From IMG/VR virus record IMGVR_UViG_3300045115_000228: DNA of 64,000 nucleotides; one strand, 5' to 3'. The position numbers were made by a program, and so were the translations under genes. The DNA comes from an uncultured virus (IMG/VR IMGVR_UViG_3300045115_000228) (taxonomy: Duplodnaviria > Heunggongvirae > Uroviricota > Caudoviricetes). This document shows, piece by piece, positions 51,756 to 60,536 of this stretch (position 1 is the first letter of the stretch; the number at the start of each line of letters is the position of its first letter). Under the pieces are notes generated by a model. It saw only the letters and a list, made by a program, of their open reading frames with translations, did no database searches and was not told the origin of the DNA.

Positions 51756-54308
51756 CTACCTGTCCCACGGCGACTTCGGCCAAGGGGTCTTCGGCTCCGG
51801 CTGCCGCGCCGAGTCCGGCCATGCCGCCGAGCCCCAGTAGAGCCAAGGCACGTCTCCGAGGTCTTCGAGGAACTCGACGCTGGTCGGCCTGTGCGTGGTC
51901 TTCTCGTCCCGCAGCACGAAGTCGTTGCTCAGGTAGTATCGGCGGATCTCGTCCCTCGTGCCGTTGATCCACGTCTCGACGACGTCGCCGTCGTCGAAGG
52001 AGACCCTGACGCTCCACTTCCTCGGCTTGTCCTCGGTCACCGGGGCGACCTTGCCCTCCATGAGGTCCATCTCCTCGTCCGTGTACGGCGTCCCTCCGTC
52101 GGCGATCCCGTCGGCGGGGATGACTTGGGCCACCCTCTCGCCGGCTGGCCTTGGCCCGTCGAGCCACGGGGCATCGATGCCGCAGGCGTCGCGGACCTTC
52201 TTCTTGAGTTCGAGGCTTGCCAGGTTGTACTGGTGGTTGTTCGCCATGTGGCCGGTTTCCATGGCGCTGGCGATCTCCCAGCAGCGGTCACACAGCCGCG
52301 TGCCCGTCATCCTAGTCGTCTCGCCGCAGACCTTGCAGGGACAGGACTCGTCCTGCGCCTTCTTCGTTTCCCACAGGGACATGGCGCGGCGCCTCCTCGG
52401 CTTGTCCTCGCCCTTCGCCTCCATGGCGCGCTTGTTGACGACCTCGGCGAGCATCATCGCCTCGTAGTCCTTGAGCTTGCGCCTCTTGGCGACCTCGTCG
52501 AACATTGCCTGCGCCTGTGGCTTGTCGCCCGCCACGAGCAGCCTCGTGATCGCCTCGACGTCGCCCTTGGCCTCCTCGGACAGCCTGTCCCCGAGGGCGC
52601 GCCTCTCCAGCAGCAGGCGCTCGTCCTCGGCGACCGTCGCCGGGCTGGTCGAATGGCGGCGCATGCAGGCCGGGCACTGGACGGGATACGATCCTCCCAG
52701 CGAGAGGCTCCGCGAGACCATCTCCCTGCCCTTGTCGCACCTCTGGTTCGCGCAGTCGGGGAACCAGTAGAACCTCTCGCGGTCGCGCCTCCACGACGGA
52801 CAGTGCGGCGGGTGGCTCATCATCTTGGCGCCGCTCGGGAGTTCCTTCTCCTCGTACGCCCCCTTCTTCTCGCACTCGTAGCACAGCCCCGTGTAGGTGC
52901 CGGCGTAGAGCTCGGCGGGATGCCCTCCGTCGGCGTTCAGGGGCTTGCCGCACGCCTTGCAGTCGTGCTGGGGGTACATCCCCTGGTCGTCGAAAACCAT
53001 CTTGCCTCCGGACTGGGCCGTCCTCGTTTCGCCGTGCGCCTTCGGGTTCCAGATCGTCCTGACGACGTAGTTCTTGTCCTGGTTCCTGTCGGCGAACCTC
53101 TGGGCGAGCGCCTTGGACCTGAACACCCTCACGGCGTCCTTGGCCGGGTACCTGCCGTCCTCCTTCCACACGAACACGCCATGGGAATCGCCCTCGGACG
53201 CCGCCTGCGACCTGAGGTAGTCGCCCCATGGGTCGTTCGGCTGCCGGTTGCGGCACTTCCCGCACATCAACCCGTTGCCGCGGAACTCCGACTCGCTGAA
53301 GACCGACCCCCCGCACTTCCTGCAGACCCTGAAACCATCGCTGATGGCTCCCGATCCGGCCCTCGGATCCGGGATGTAGGGCTTGTTGCCGGATGCGGCG
53401 AACCTCGGCATCTGCCACAGGGACTTCGCCTCGCGGTCGGACGGCAACTCTTCCTGCGGGTCGTACCTTGCCGCCTCCTCGTCCAGGCGCTCGTTGATGG
53501 CCCTGTCCTGGTCGAGGCAGGCCTGGTGCCATCTCTGGCCGTCCTCGACGACGATGCCCTGCTGGCCGACCTCGTCGTCCTCGATGTAGTTCTCGCACCC
53601 GGGGCAGGTGTTGTCCTTGTCACTCATCCTTTGCTCCTCCGCCGTCCTTGCGATCCATGCGGACGCCTCTTCGAGGGTGTCGAACCTGGCGAGCGGCTTG
53701 TTCCTCCTGCCCTTCGAGAGGTCGGGGTATTGCGCCTCGTCCTTCGGCTGCCATGCCTTGAAGTCGGTCAGGAACGCCTCGTACTTGCCGTCCTCTGCCT
53801 TGCGAAGGGCGACTTGGTAGTGGCTGACGAAGAACCTCGGGATGTCCGCCTTGCCCTTCTCGGCGATGTCCATCTCGACCCACGCCTTCCACTTCGCCAT
53901 CCGCTGCTCAGGCGACAGGGCCCTGTGGTCGCGGATCATCTGGGCGATGTCCTGGAAGGCGTTGTACTGGCTCTGGTCGCGGCGGGAGAAGCCGAACCTG
54001 TCGCGCTCATCGTCGGTCATCATGTCGGGCTTGCGCGGTCCTTCGGCCTGCGCGCTCCTCCTTGTGGCACTGACCACACCTGACGGATGCGCGTCGCATG
54101 CCGAGCACAGCCCGCCAGACTCTTTCCATTCATCGGACGTCCGTGCGTACTCCTTGTCGCACTTCTTGCAATGCCTCGACTGGTATCGGTCGGGAGGGGC
54201 TCCATTTCCGCTGCCGGGAGTCTGTATGGCTGGGGAATGGCGGGGAGTCGTCAGCGTCGTCAGCAACAGCGGGGCGGCGGAGAAGGTCGCTATGTGCCTG
54301 ATCCTCAT
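51756..54308 (-). CDS. Modular protein (~850 aa) with many small Zn-finger domains; N-terminus MRIRHIA
   Basis: At least five CxxC..CxxC/H modules separated by RSAQ, RTAE, RFAAS, RTAQ, KKAQ, RVAQ. Confidence 0.8.
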   Translation of the reverse strand: MRIRHIATFSAAPLLLTTLTTPRHSPAIQTPGSGNGAPPDRYQSRHCKKCDKEYARTSDEWKESGGLCSACDAHPSGVVSATRRSAQAEGPRKPDMMTDDERDRFGFSRRDQSQYNAFQDIAQMIRDHRALSPEQRMAKWKAWVEMDIAEKGKADIPRFFVSHYQVALRKAEDGKYEAFLTDFKAWQPKDEAQYPDLSKGRRNKPLARFDTLEEASAWIARTAEEQRMSDKDNTCPGCENYIEDDEVGQQGIVVEDGQRWHQACLDQDRAINERLDEEAARYDPQEELPSDREAKSLWQMPRFAASGNKPYIPDPRAGSGAISDGFRVCRKCGGSVFSESEFRGNGLMCGKCRNRQPNDPWGDYLRSQAASEGDSHGVFVWKEDGRYPAKDAVRVFRSKALAQRFADRNQDKNYVVRTIWNPKAHGETRTAQSGGKMVFDDQGMYPQHDCKACGKPLNADGGHPAELYAGTYTGLCYECEKKGAYEEKELPSGAKMMSHPPHCPSWRRDRERFYWFPDCANQRCDKGREMVSRSLSLGGSYPVQCPACMRRHSTSPATVAEDERLLLERRALGDRLSEEAKGDVEAITRLLVAGDKPQAQAMFDEVAKRRKLKDYEAMMLAEVVNKRAMEAKGEDKPRRRRAMSLWETKKAQDESCPCKVCGETTRMTGTRLCDRCWEIASAMETGHMANNHQYNLASLELKKKVRDACGIDAPWLDGPRPAGERVAQVIPADGIADGGTPYTDEEMDLMEGKVAPVTEDKPRKWSVRVSFDDGDVVETWINGTRDEIRRYYLSNDFVLRDEKTTHRPTSVEFLEDLGDVPWLYWGSAAWPDSARQPEPKTPWPKSPWDR

Positions 54309-55759
54309 GGTCTGACTCCCCCGGGGACTTCGAGGCTCTTCCTGAGTTCCTTGAACGGGATTACCTTCACGTCGCCGTGGTAGCGGCGCAGGTAGCGGGC
54401 CATGACCCTCTGGCCCCTCGTGTTCTCGGAGTGGATGACGACCGGCGTGCGGGGGCACAGCCGTTCCTGCCCCATCGCCCACGCCACGTCCTCTCCCGTC
54501 TCCTTGGGGTGGGACAGGTCGCGGTCGAGGTACACGCGGGCGAACCTGCGGGAGCGCAGGAGGTCGACGGCGGCCCTCGCGCTGTGCGTGACGGTCACGT
54601 TGTCCCCCCCGAACGCCGCCTTGAAGATCCCGATGCGCTCGGGGTCGCCCTCAAGCACGAACACGGACGCCACGCGCCCCGTCGGCCCGACGCCCTTCCC
54701 GATGACCCAGTCGGCCCTCACGAGGTCGACCTTCGGATGCACGGACTGCGGCTTGATCCGCATGTCGTCGAAGCCCTGGTCCTCCACCAGCACCCTGTCG
54801 CCCCTGTCCTCGATGACGACCATCACGTGGTCTGGATCCTCGTCGGCGTTGGGGTTGGCGAAGCGGACGCGCGTCCCAGGCTCAAGCGCGCCGGTCTCCG
54901 CCTGGGCGGTCTTGGCGGCGCAGTCCGGGCACACGCCCTCGAAGTGGCGCTTCGGCTTGGAGCACCTGCAGGTCTGCGAGTTCCCGCAGCGCACGCACGA
55001 CAGGCGCAGGTCGTGCTGCGTCCCGTCGGGATCCAGCTCGTCCTCTATCTGCCTCCATGTCCTGGAGGATGCGGTCTTGGCAGGCTCCCCGTCCTTGCCG
55101 TCCTTCCCGTCGGCCTCCGGGAACGCCGGCGGGCGGCCCTCCTTGCGCCTCTGCTCGTTGACGAACCTTTGGAAGCCAGCGTCGGACTTGGACGTCGAGA
55201 CTGCGGCGCTCTTGACCCCCATTGCAGGGGATCCATGCTGTTCTTGGACTCTGCGTCCGACGTCCGTCAGCGAGAGCCACGCCCCTCCATGGGCGCTTCT
55301 GGATCTTTCGGTCACGACAGCCACAAGCCCCTTGTCGATCAGGGACTTGACCACGGCCTCGAAATGGTCGGACGGGAACCTGCTGTGGTTGGCGTTCGTC
55401 GTCGCAATGCCCTCGGCCTCTTGTTGCGCAAGGAAATCCAGAACCAGCATTTGTCTCGGCGTGAACCCCCCGAGCGTCGCGGCGTTCTTGGAGAGTTCCT
55501 CGACCCTGTCCTTGGCCTCGTCGGCGCCCCAGTCCTTCTTCATCGGCCTCGTGTAGTACTCCGGGTTCTCGGCGAGGTGGTCGCGGGCGATCTTCTCCGC
55601 CTCCTTCGGGTCGCTGGTGTGCTCAAGCTCGACCGCCATGCCGATGGCGAGCTGCTTCTTGTCGCAGCACCCGTCGCCTGCGGACTTGGCGAGCATCGAT
55701 GCGACGACGGCCTTGGCCACGTCGCCCAGCGGAATCTCGAAGTCGGGCGCGATCCTCAT
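54305..55759 (-). CDS. Modular protein: DUF5661-like, wHTH, Zn module, SH3-like and cyclic-phosphate-processing receiver-like domains
   Basis: QLAIGMAVELEHT..IARDHL.E.PEYY; C-terminal VFVLEGD..YLDRDL..TGEDVA..VIHSEN; linkers KSAG, KNAA, KSAA, KTAS, KTAQ, RVAS. Confidence 0.75.
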   Translation of the reverse strand: MRIAPDFEIPLGDVAKAVVASMLAKSAGDGCCDKKQLAIGMAVELEHTSDPKEAEKIARDHLAENPEYYTRPMKKDWGADEAKDRVEELSKNAATLGGFTPRQMLVLDFLAQQEAEGIATTNANHSRFPSDHFEAVVKSLIDKGLVAVVTERSRSAHGGAWLSLTDVGRRVQEQHGSPAMGVKSAAVSTSKSDAGFQRFVNEQRRKEGRPPAFPEADGKDGKDGEPAKTASSRTWRQIEDELDPDGTQHDLRLSCVRCGNSQTCRCSKPKRHFEGVCPDCAAKTAQAETGALEPGTRVRFANPNADEDPDHVMVVIEDRGDRVLVEDQGFDDMRIKPQSVHPKVDLVRADWVIGKGVGPTGRVASVFVLEGDPERIGIFKAAFGGDNVTVTHSARAAVDLLRSRRFARVYLDRDLSHPKETGEDVAWAMGQERLCPRTPVVIHSENTRGQRVMARYLRRYHGDVKVIPFKELRKSLEVPGGVRP

Positions 55760-55785
55760 GGGCTAGTTCTCCTCACCTTCTCCGG

Positions 55786-56244
55786 TCATTGGTTGTCCCA
55801 GTTCGGGTAGACAACTCTCCGAGGCGTGTAGTGGGGAGCGAAAGTGAACAGGGGTCTTCCGCCTGGCGTGTTTGGACGAATCCTGAACGTCAGGTGGCGC
55901 ACGATGGGGTCATCGCGCAACCTCTTGGACAACGCAGCGTGAGCCTCTTGAGGTGTTGCGAATGAGCGACCATGCTCGAAAAATTCGTGCCAGTCATTCT
56001 TGCGGCTTGCGGAGTCGTATCTTGCATGTTCGACGATGAACCCTGTTCCCTCCTCCAGGTCGCCCATAAGATGTGGCGACAAGCGGGAGACATACTCCTC
56101 ATCCGACTCGCCTTTCCTGTGCGGATGGTCAGGATGGTTGGGGTCATAAATGGCCGACGTCCTTGAGAGGCCATCGATGACCGCTTGGACTTCGCTCTTC
56201 ATCCCCGTCAAGTAGAACTTGCCGTCCTTGGCGAAAACCTTCAT
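55786..56244 (-). CDS. Hypothetical protein
   Basis: 152 aa, GGAGG RBS, lower GC; N-terminus similar to 48817..49071. Confidence 0.75.
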   Translation of the reverse strand: MKVFAKDGKFYLTGMKSEVQAVIDGLSRTSAIYDPNHPDHPHRKGESDEEYVSRLSPHLMGDLEEGTGFIVEHARYDSASRKNDWHEFFEHGRSFATPQEAHAALSKRLRDDPIVRHLTFRIRPNTPGGRPLFTFAPHYTPRRVVYPNWDNQ

Positions 56245-56264
56245 GGTGCCTCCGTTGGCTACTA

Positions 56265-56290
56265 TTTCGGCACGCCCATCGGCAAACCCT
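56265..56290 (-). promoter_or_regulatory. AGG-N19-GAAA promoter motif heading the MRI-protein operon
   Basis: Exact spacing, upstream of ATG 56244. Confidence 0.55.
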
Positions 56291-56371
56291 TGCTGCTATC
56301 GCCCAGTCTGGTCGAGCAGGAGGCGCATGGCGGCGGCCTGAACGTCGTCGAAGGGGAACACCTTGCCGCCG

Positions 56372-58630
56372 TCAACCCTTTCGCCAAACCTGGACGTACG
56401 TCTCTCGCATGGCCTTCCGTCGTCTGTTGCTTTCCCCCGAGACCGTGACGAACGGGATGGAGACGTCCCGCATGAACCCGACCGATTCGGACAGGGAATC
56501 AACGATGTCTGGCAACCTGTTCCCCTTGGACTCGGCTTTCCCCAGGTACAGAGCCATCCTGCCGCCACCCTTCAGGAGGACGAAAGCCTCATCCAAGAAC
56601 GGACGCATGAACGCATCTATCCATTGGGACAGGTCGTGATACGCCTCGACGCCGACATATTCCTCGCGATCAACGAACGGAGGAGAGGTCATGATCATGT
56701 CGAAAGAGGCTCCATCTTTGGCGAGAGCGGCCATCTTGGCAACGCAGTTGCAGCAGGAAATCTCCACCTTCGTGTTGGCTCCATAGGATGCCAAGAATTT
56801 GGCTTCGGCTTTCAGGCCGTCGCAAGTTCTCGTTGAGAGGTCAATGCCGACATACGATTCGACCTTGGCCGCCAAAAACCCCAACAGTCGCCCTCCAAAT
56901 CCGGCACATGGGTCTAGCACCGAAGCCCCCTTGCCGCCATCTCGAAGCAAGAGCCTTGCTAGGGTCAGCGCCACCTTCGGCGGGAAGTTGTTGACCCTGC
57001 TTGATTTGGAGTCGTTTCTGCAGGCGTCCCTAATCGTCGAGTCGGAGGCGACCCCCTTGAGACACAGGACCTTGTAGATAGCCTCCAGAAGCATGTCATC
57101 GTTCGAGAAAAATTCGATCGGCGACATTTTGCCATTCTTCCTACATTCGAAGATGTGCGGATGAAATGACGACGCCAAGTCCGTGGCGAATCCATCCCAA
57201 AGATAGCGGCCATCCTGTCTTTGGGCGACACTCCCGCCGCTAATGGCCATCCATTTCCTGACCATCTCCTCGTGCGAGGGGCAATAGAATGGGAACCCAC
57301 GCGAGCGTAGTTTGGCAAGTTCAGAACGCAGGGTTTCTTCTGGCACAGCGCGCTCATCTCCGAACCGGCTTACAAGACCAGCAAGTTGGTCGTAGTCGCC
57401 TTGCGGAACGAGTAGTCCTGGCAACAGGGCTATCCCATTTTGGGCCGCAAGCCACCTAGCGTTATACAGTCTTCTGGGGCTGCTCGCGATGGGTTTGGCG
57501 GAAACGAACCCGTCGTTCATGAGACGGACTTCCTTCGCTTTCGGCAAGGCGATCAGTTGGGGGGCAATGTCGGCTGCCGTCTCCCTGTTCGATGGCTTCA
57601 AGCAAGCGACGAGCACCTCGCCCATCCTCCCGCTCTTGACGTCATGCTCCCACAACTCGACAGGAGTCCAACCGCTCGCCGAAATGTCCGACATCCTGAC
57701 CTTGTCGGTGCACACGTTCTTCTTGACAGCTTCCGCCAACCTCTCGAATGGCTTCTGCCCTGACACGAAGTCCCATCCGTGCCAGAAGCTCCCTAGAACC
57801 TCTATGACGATCTTCCTCGATGGGATGGCGAAATCGACAACATACCTCCCCATCATCGGGAATTGTCTATACGCCACTGGACAGGTCTCTGATTCCGTCA
57901 CTGGGGCGTCGGCAAAACACACGACATAGCCGTGTGATGACAACCACTCGGCGACGACGTCTTCAACTCCGCTTGTCCTCGCCAGCCTGCTTTCAGCAAG
58001 ACGCTTGGTCATCTCGATTCTTTTCTGGTCTCTTTGCGATTGCGGGTTGAGATAGCCTCGACCCGCCATCAACTTCTTGCGACCGTCCGAGATGGCGACC
58101 GCCATCTTGGTCATAAGAAGAGACGGTCGGGTAGTGTTGACGCCATGCTTGGCGTGGTATTCGGTTTCCGTCATCCCGTGCTCCCGCAGATGCCCATTCG
58201 TCATCAAGCACTCGAACGGCTTGCCGCATTCCCTGCAAACCACGTAGGAGACCCCTTCCTCTCCCAGGATGGTCAACGATTTGTTCTTCCTTTCGATCCT
58301 CGCGGATTGCTGTTCAATATCGTAGCATCGTTTGCACAAGCCATGGGACGAATGGGGCCAATCCGTTGTGTTGCATTTGATGCACCGACCATGCTCTCTG
58401 CTCCATGTCCCGGGCGCCAATTTGCGAGACCTCGTTCGCCCCTTGTTCCGGTGTCCGATTTCCCGAAATCGTTCCATCGCTTCTTGGCTAGAAAGGAGCC
58501 ATGCTCGACGAAGCGGACTCCCGTTGAATTTCTCCCTATATTCCTTTGCTGACATGCCATGCTTGGTTCTGACATGGCTCAAGATGCTGTCGTCGTTCGA
58601 AAACTGGCAAATCTGACAGGTTATCATCAA
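56372..58630 (-). CDS. Fusion of Zn-finger/MucR-like repeats, a Vsr/DUF559-like endonuclease and a DNA methyltransferase
   Basis: CQIC..HVRTKHGMSAKEYREKF; YVVDFA..IEVLGSFWHG..LWEHD; LDPCAGFGG...TSPPF; lower GC. Confidence 0.8.
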   Translation of the reverse strand: MMITCQICQFSNDDSILSHVRTKHGMSAKEYREKFNGSPLRRAWLLSSQEAMERFREIGHRNKGRTRSRKLAPGTWSREHGRCIKCNTTDWPHSSHGLCKRCYDIEQQSARIERKNKSLTILGEEGVSYVVCRECGKPFECLMTNGHLREHGMTETEYHAKHGVNTTRPSLLMTKMAVAISDGRKKLMAGRGYLNPQSQRDQKRIEMTKRLAESRLARTSGVEDVVAEWLSSHGYVVCFADAPVTESETCPVAYRQFPMMGRYVVDFAIPSRKIVIEVLGSFWHGWDFVSGQKPFERLAEAVKKNVCTDKVRMSDISASGWTPVELWEHDVKSGRMGEVLVACLKPSNRETAADIAPQLIALPKAKEVRLMNDGFVSAKPIASSPRRLYNARWLAAQNGIALLPGLLVPQGDYDQLAGLVSRFGDERAVPEETLRSELAKLRSRGFPFYCPSHEEMVRKWMAISGGSVAQRQDGRYLWDGFATDLASSFHPHIFECRKNGKMSPIEFFSNDDMLLEAIYKVLCLKGVASDSTIRDACRNDSKSSRVNNFPPKVALTLARLLLRDGGKGASVLDPCAGFGGRLLGFLAAKVESYVGIDLSTRTCDGLKAEAKFLASYGANTKVEISCCNCVAKMAALAKDGASFDMIMTSPPFVDREEYVGVEAYHDLSQWIDAFMRPFLDEAFVLLKGGGRMALYLGKAESKGNRLPDIVDSLSESVGFMRDVSIPFVTVSGESNRRRKAMRETYVQVWRKG

Positions 58631-58648
58631 TCTCTCCCTTTGGTAATC

Positions 58649-58686
58649 ATTCGATAGTATTATACCAAAGTCCTGCCTGCTGTCAA
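58649..58686 (-). promoter_or_regulatory. Overlapping TTGACA-N16-TATAAT and AGG-N19-GAAT promoters
   Basis: TTGACA 58686..58681, TATAAT 58664..58659 (extended TG); AGG 58674..58672, GAAT 58652..58649. Confidence 0.7.
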
Positions 58687-58697
58687 CTCGTTAGGGC

Positions 58698-58731
58698 AAA
58701 AAAGAAGGACCGCCATTTCTGGCGGTCCTTC
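58698..58731 (-). terminator. Rho-independent terminator after the capsid gene
   Basis: gaaggaccgcca-gaaa-tggcggtccttc followed by T6 on the minus strand. Confidence 0.85.
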
Positions 58732-58766
58732 CTCGACTTCTGTCGTTTCTGACACAGCCCGGTCGC

Positions 58767-59633
58767 TTACGAGCCGACGCTCACCTCGACACGCGCAATG
58801 GCGTAGTCGTTGATGATGACGATCCCGATTTCCTCATAGACGACCCAGCCTAGCCTGAGTCTCTTGGGGTCATCGGCCGGGATCACGCTGATGTCCTGGC
58901 GCACGGGCATCGCACCGACGTACTCCGCCGGGGCGAGCACGAACACATACGCCGTGGGCACCCTGCTCGACACGTGGATGTCCGCCGTGTAGATGTGGCC
59001 GAACAGCCCCGTGGTCAGCACTTCCTTCTGGGTGGCCTGGTCGAACACCGTCTGGCCCCAGCTACGGATGTCGCCGTAGCGGATGGCGTGGCAGACGACC
59101 TTGCCGACCGTCAGGTCGCGCGACTCGACCGCGACGAACGCCTGGTTCAGCGCGGACAGGGAGAGGGCGCCACCCGTCGAGACGATCTGGTTCGCCGCGG
59201 GGACCGCGGTGTTGATCGCCGTGAAGATGTTCGTGTCCTCTTCCTTCTGGATCGCTTCCTTCGCCTTGATCTGGGCGCGGTCCACGATGTAGAACCGGCG
59301 CGCCTTCACCTCCGAGATCCTGACCGTGGGGTTGACCACGATCTCGAACGTCGGGACGAGGATCTCCTCGCCTTCGGTGATGAACTCCGGCGCCCCACCG
59401 CGGCGGCTGAGGCGGACGGCCTTCGAGCGCACGTCCTTCTCGTACCTGGCGTACGCGCCCTGCGGGAGCTCGTCCACCATGATCAGCTTGCGGCCGACCG
59501 CCTGGTACTCCAGAGCCCTGCGGATGGGCTCCACCATCGCCTGCGCCAGCGCAACGCGTCCCTCCGGGCTGTCAGCAGCCTGGGCGATGAGCATTGCGCG
59601 CCTCTCGTTGATCGCTCTCTTGTCGATAGCCAT
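58767..59633 (-). CDS. Major capsid protein (HK97 fold, encapsulin/linocin-like type)
   Basis: GRVALAQAMVEPIRRALEYQAVGRK..VDELPQG..VPTFEI..KEED..GWVVYEEIG; strong RBS, terminator, follows the decoration and scaffold genes. Confidence 0.85.
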   Translation of the reverse strand: MAIDKRAINERRAMLIAQAADSPEGRVALAQAMVEPIRRALEYQAVGRKLIMVDELPQGAYARYEKDVRSKAVRLSRRGGAPEFITEGEEILVPTFEIVVNPTVRISEVKARRFYIVDRAQIKAKEAIQKEEDTNIFTAINTAVPAANQIVSTGGALSLSALNQAFVAVESRDLTVGKVVCHAIRYGDIRSWGQTVFDQATQKEVLTTGLFGHIYTADIHVSSRVPTAYVFVLAPAEYVGAMPVRQDISVIPADDPKRLRLGWVVYEEIGIVIINDYAIARVEVSVGS

Positions 59634-59711
59634 GTTCGTGTCTCCTTGAAGTGACCTTCCGGTTTTCCTTCTCGGTCTTCCCTTGTTGTCAGCCCACCCG
59701 GGAGTCGCTGG

Positions 59712-60254
59712 TTAGACCAGCAGCTTGACCGTGATGTACTGGTTGCTGTTGTCGCCTCCGAGCTCGGCGTCGTTGTTGACGTCGGTGCCCGGGACGCCCG
59801 ACGGGTACGCTCCGGCCGCGACGAGCAGCATCGCCACCGGCGGCGTGCCGGCGTTGAGCAGCGTGTGCGGGTCCGTGCCCCCGTACTTGAGGGTGCCCGT
59901 GGACTCGTCGGCGATCAGGTAGACGCCGGCGGTGTCCATGGTCGTGTCGACGAACTGGTCCGTGGCGAAGGTGCCGCCGCTGTGGTAGACGGTCAGCTTG
60001 CCGCTCGCCCTGGTCTCGTCGAAGCGGTCCGACGCCCTGTTCTGCCAGCCACTGCTGATGCCCGGCATCGAGGACGCGGTGTCGCTCTTCGTGTCGCCCG
60101 CCAGTCCGAGAACCTTCGCATCGTCACCCGTGGTCACCCTGCGGACGCCCGCGTTGCCGTTCAGCGCGACGAGCATGCCCTGCTTGATGTCCAGCGTGTC
60201 GGGATCGATGTCGAAGGAATCGACAACGGGGAAGTACAGCGGAATGAGTGCCAT
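59712..60254 (-). CDS. Capsid decoration/cement protein
   Basis: 180 aa; VLGLAGD, ASGKLTVY..GGTFATDQF; lies between scaffold and capsid genes. Confidence 0.7.
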   Translation of the reverse strand: MALIPLYFPVVDSFDIDPDTLDIKQGMLVALNGNAGVRRVTTGDDAKVLGLAGDTKSDTASSMPGISSGWQNRASDRFDETRASGKLTVYHSGGTFATDQFVDTTMDTAGVYLIADESTGTLKYGGTDPHTLLNAGTPPVAMLLVAAGAYPSGVPGTDVNNDAELGGDNSNQYITVKLLV

Positions 60255-60443
60255 TGTAGTGTCTCCCTTGTTTTCCTGTTACCGTTCCTGTTCCCTTGGC
60301 CCGGAAGATTCCCGCTAATGGATTCGGCGTCTGTTGCCCTGCGCCTGCGCCCGCGCTGCGTCGTCCCGTTGCTCCGTCGAGTGCCCTGCGTTTTCCCCGG
60401 CCTTCGTGGCGTCGCCGACCTGGCGCGCCGTTCATGTCCCTTT

Positions 60444-60469
60444 ATTCTCCGGCCGCGCGCCGGATCCCT
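60444..60469 (-). promoter_or_regulatory. AGG-N19-GAAT promoter motif of the decoration/capsid operon
   Basis: Exact spacing in the 280-nt intergenic region. Confidence 0.6.
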
Positions 60470-60536
60470 TCCGGCCTTTCGAAACTTTTCGGGGAGGCCA
60501 CGTGGCCTCCCCGAATCGTACGCGTCGTGACCCGTC

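Noticed and set aside
58767..59633. Cellular encapsulin nanocompartment
   Set aside because: The scaffold, decoration, neck and tail genes around it indicate a phage capsid.
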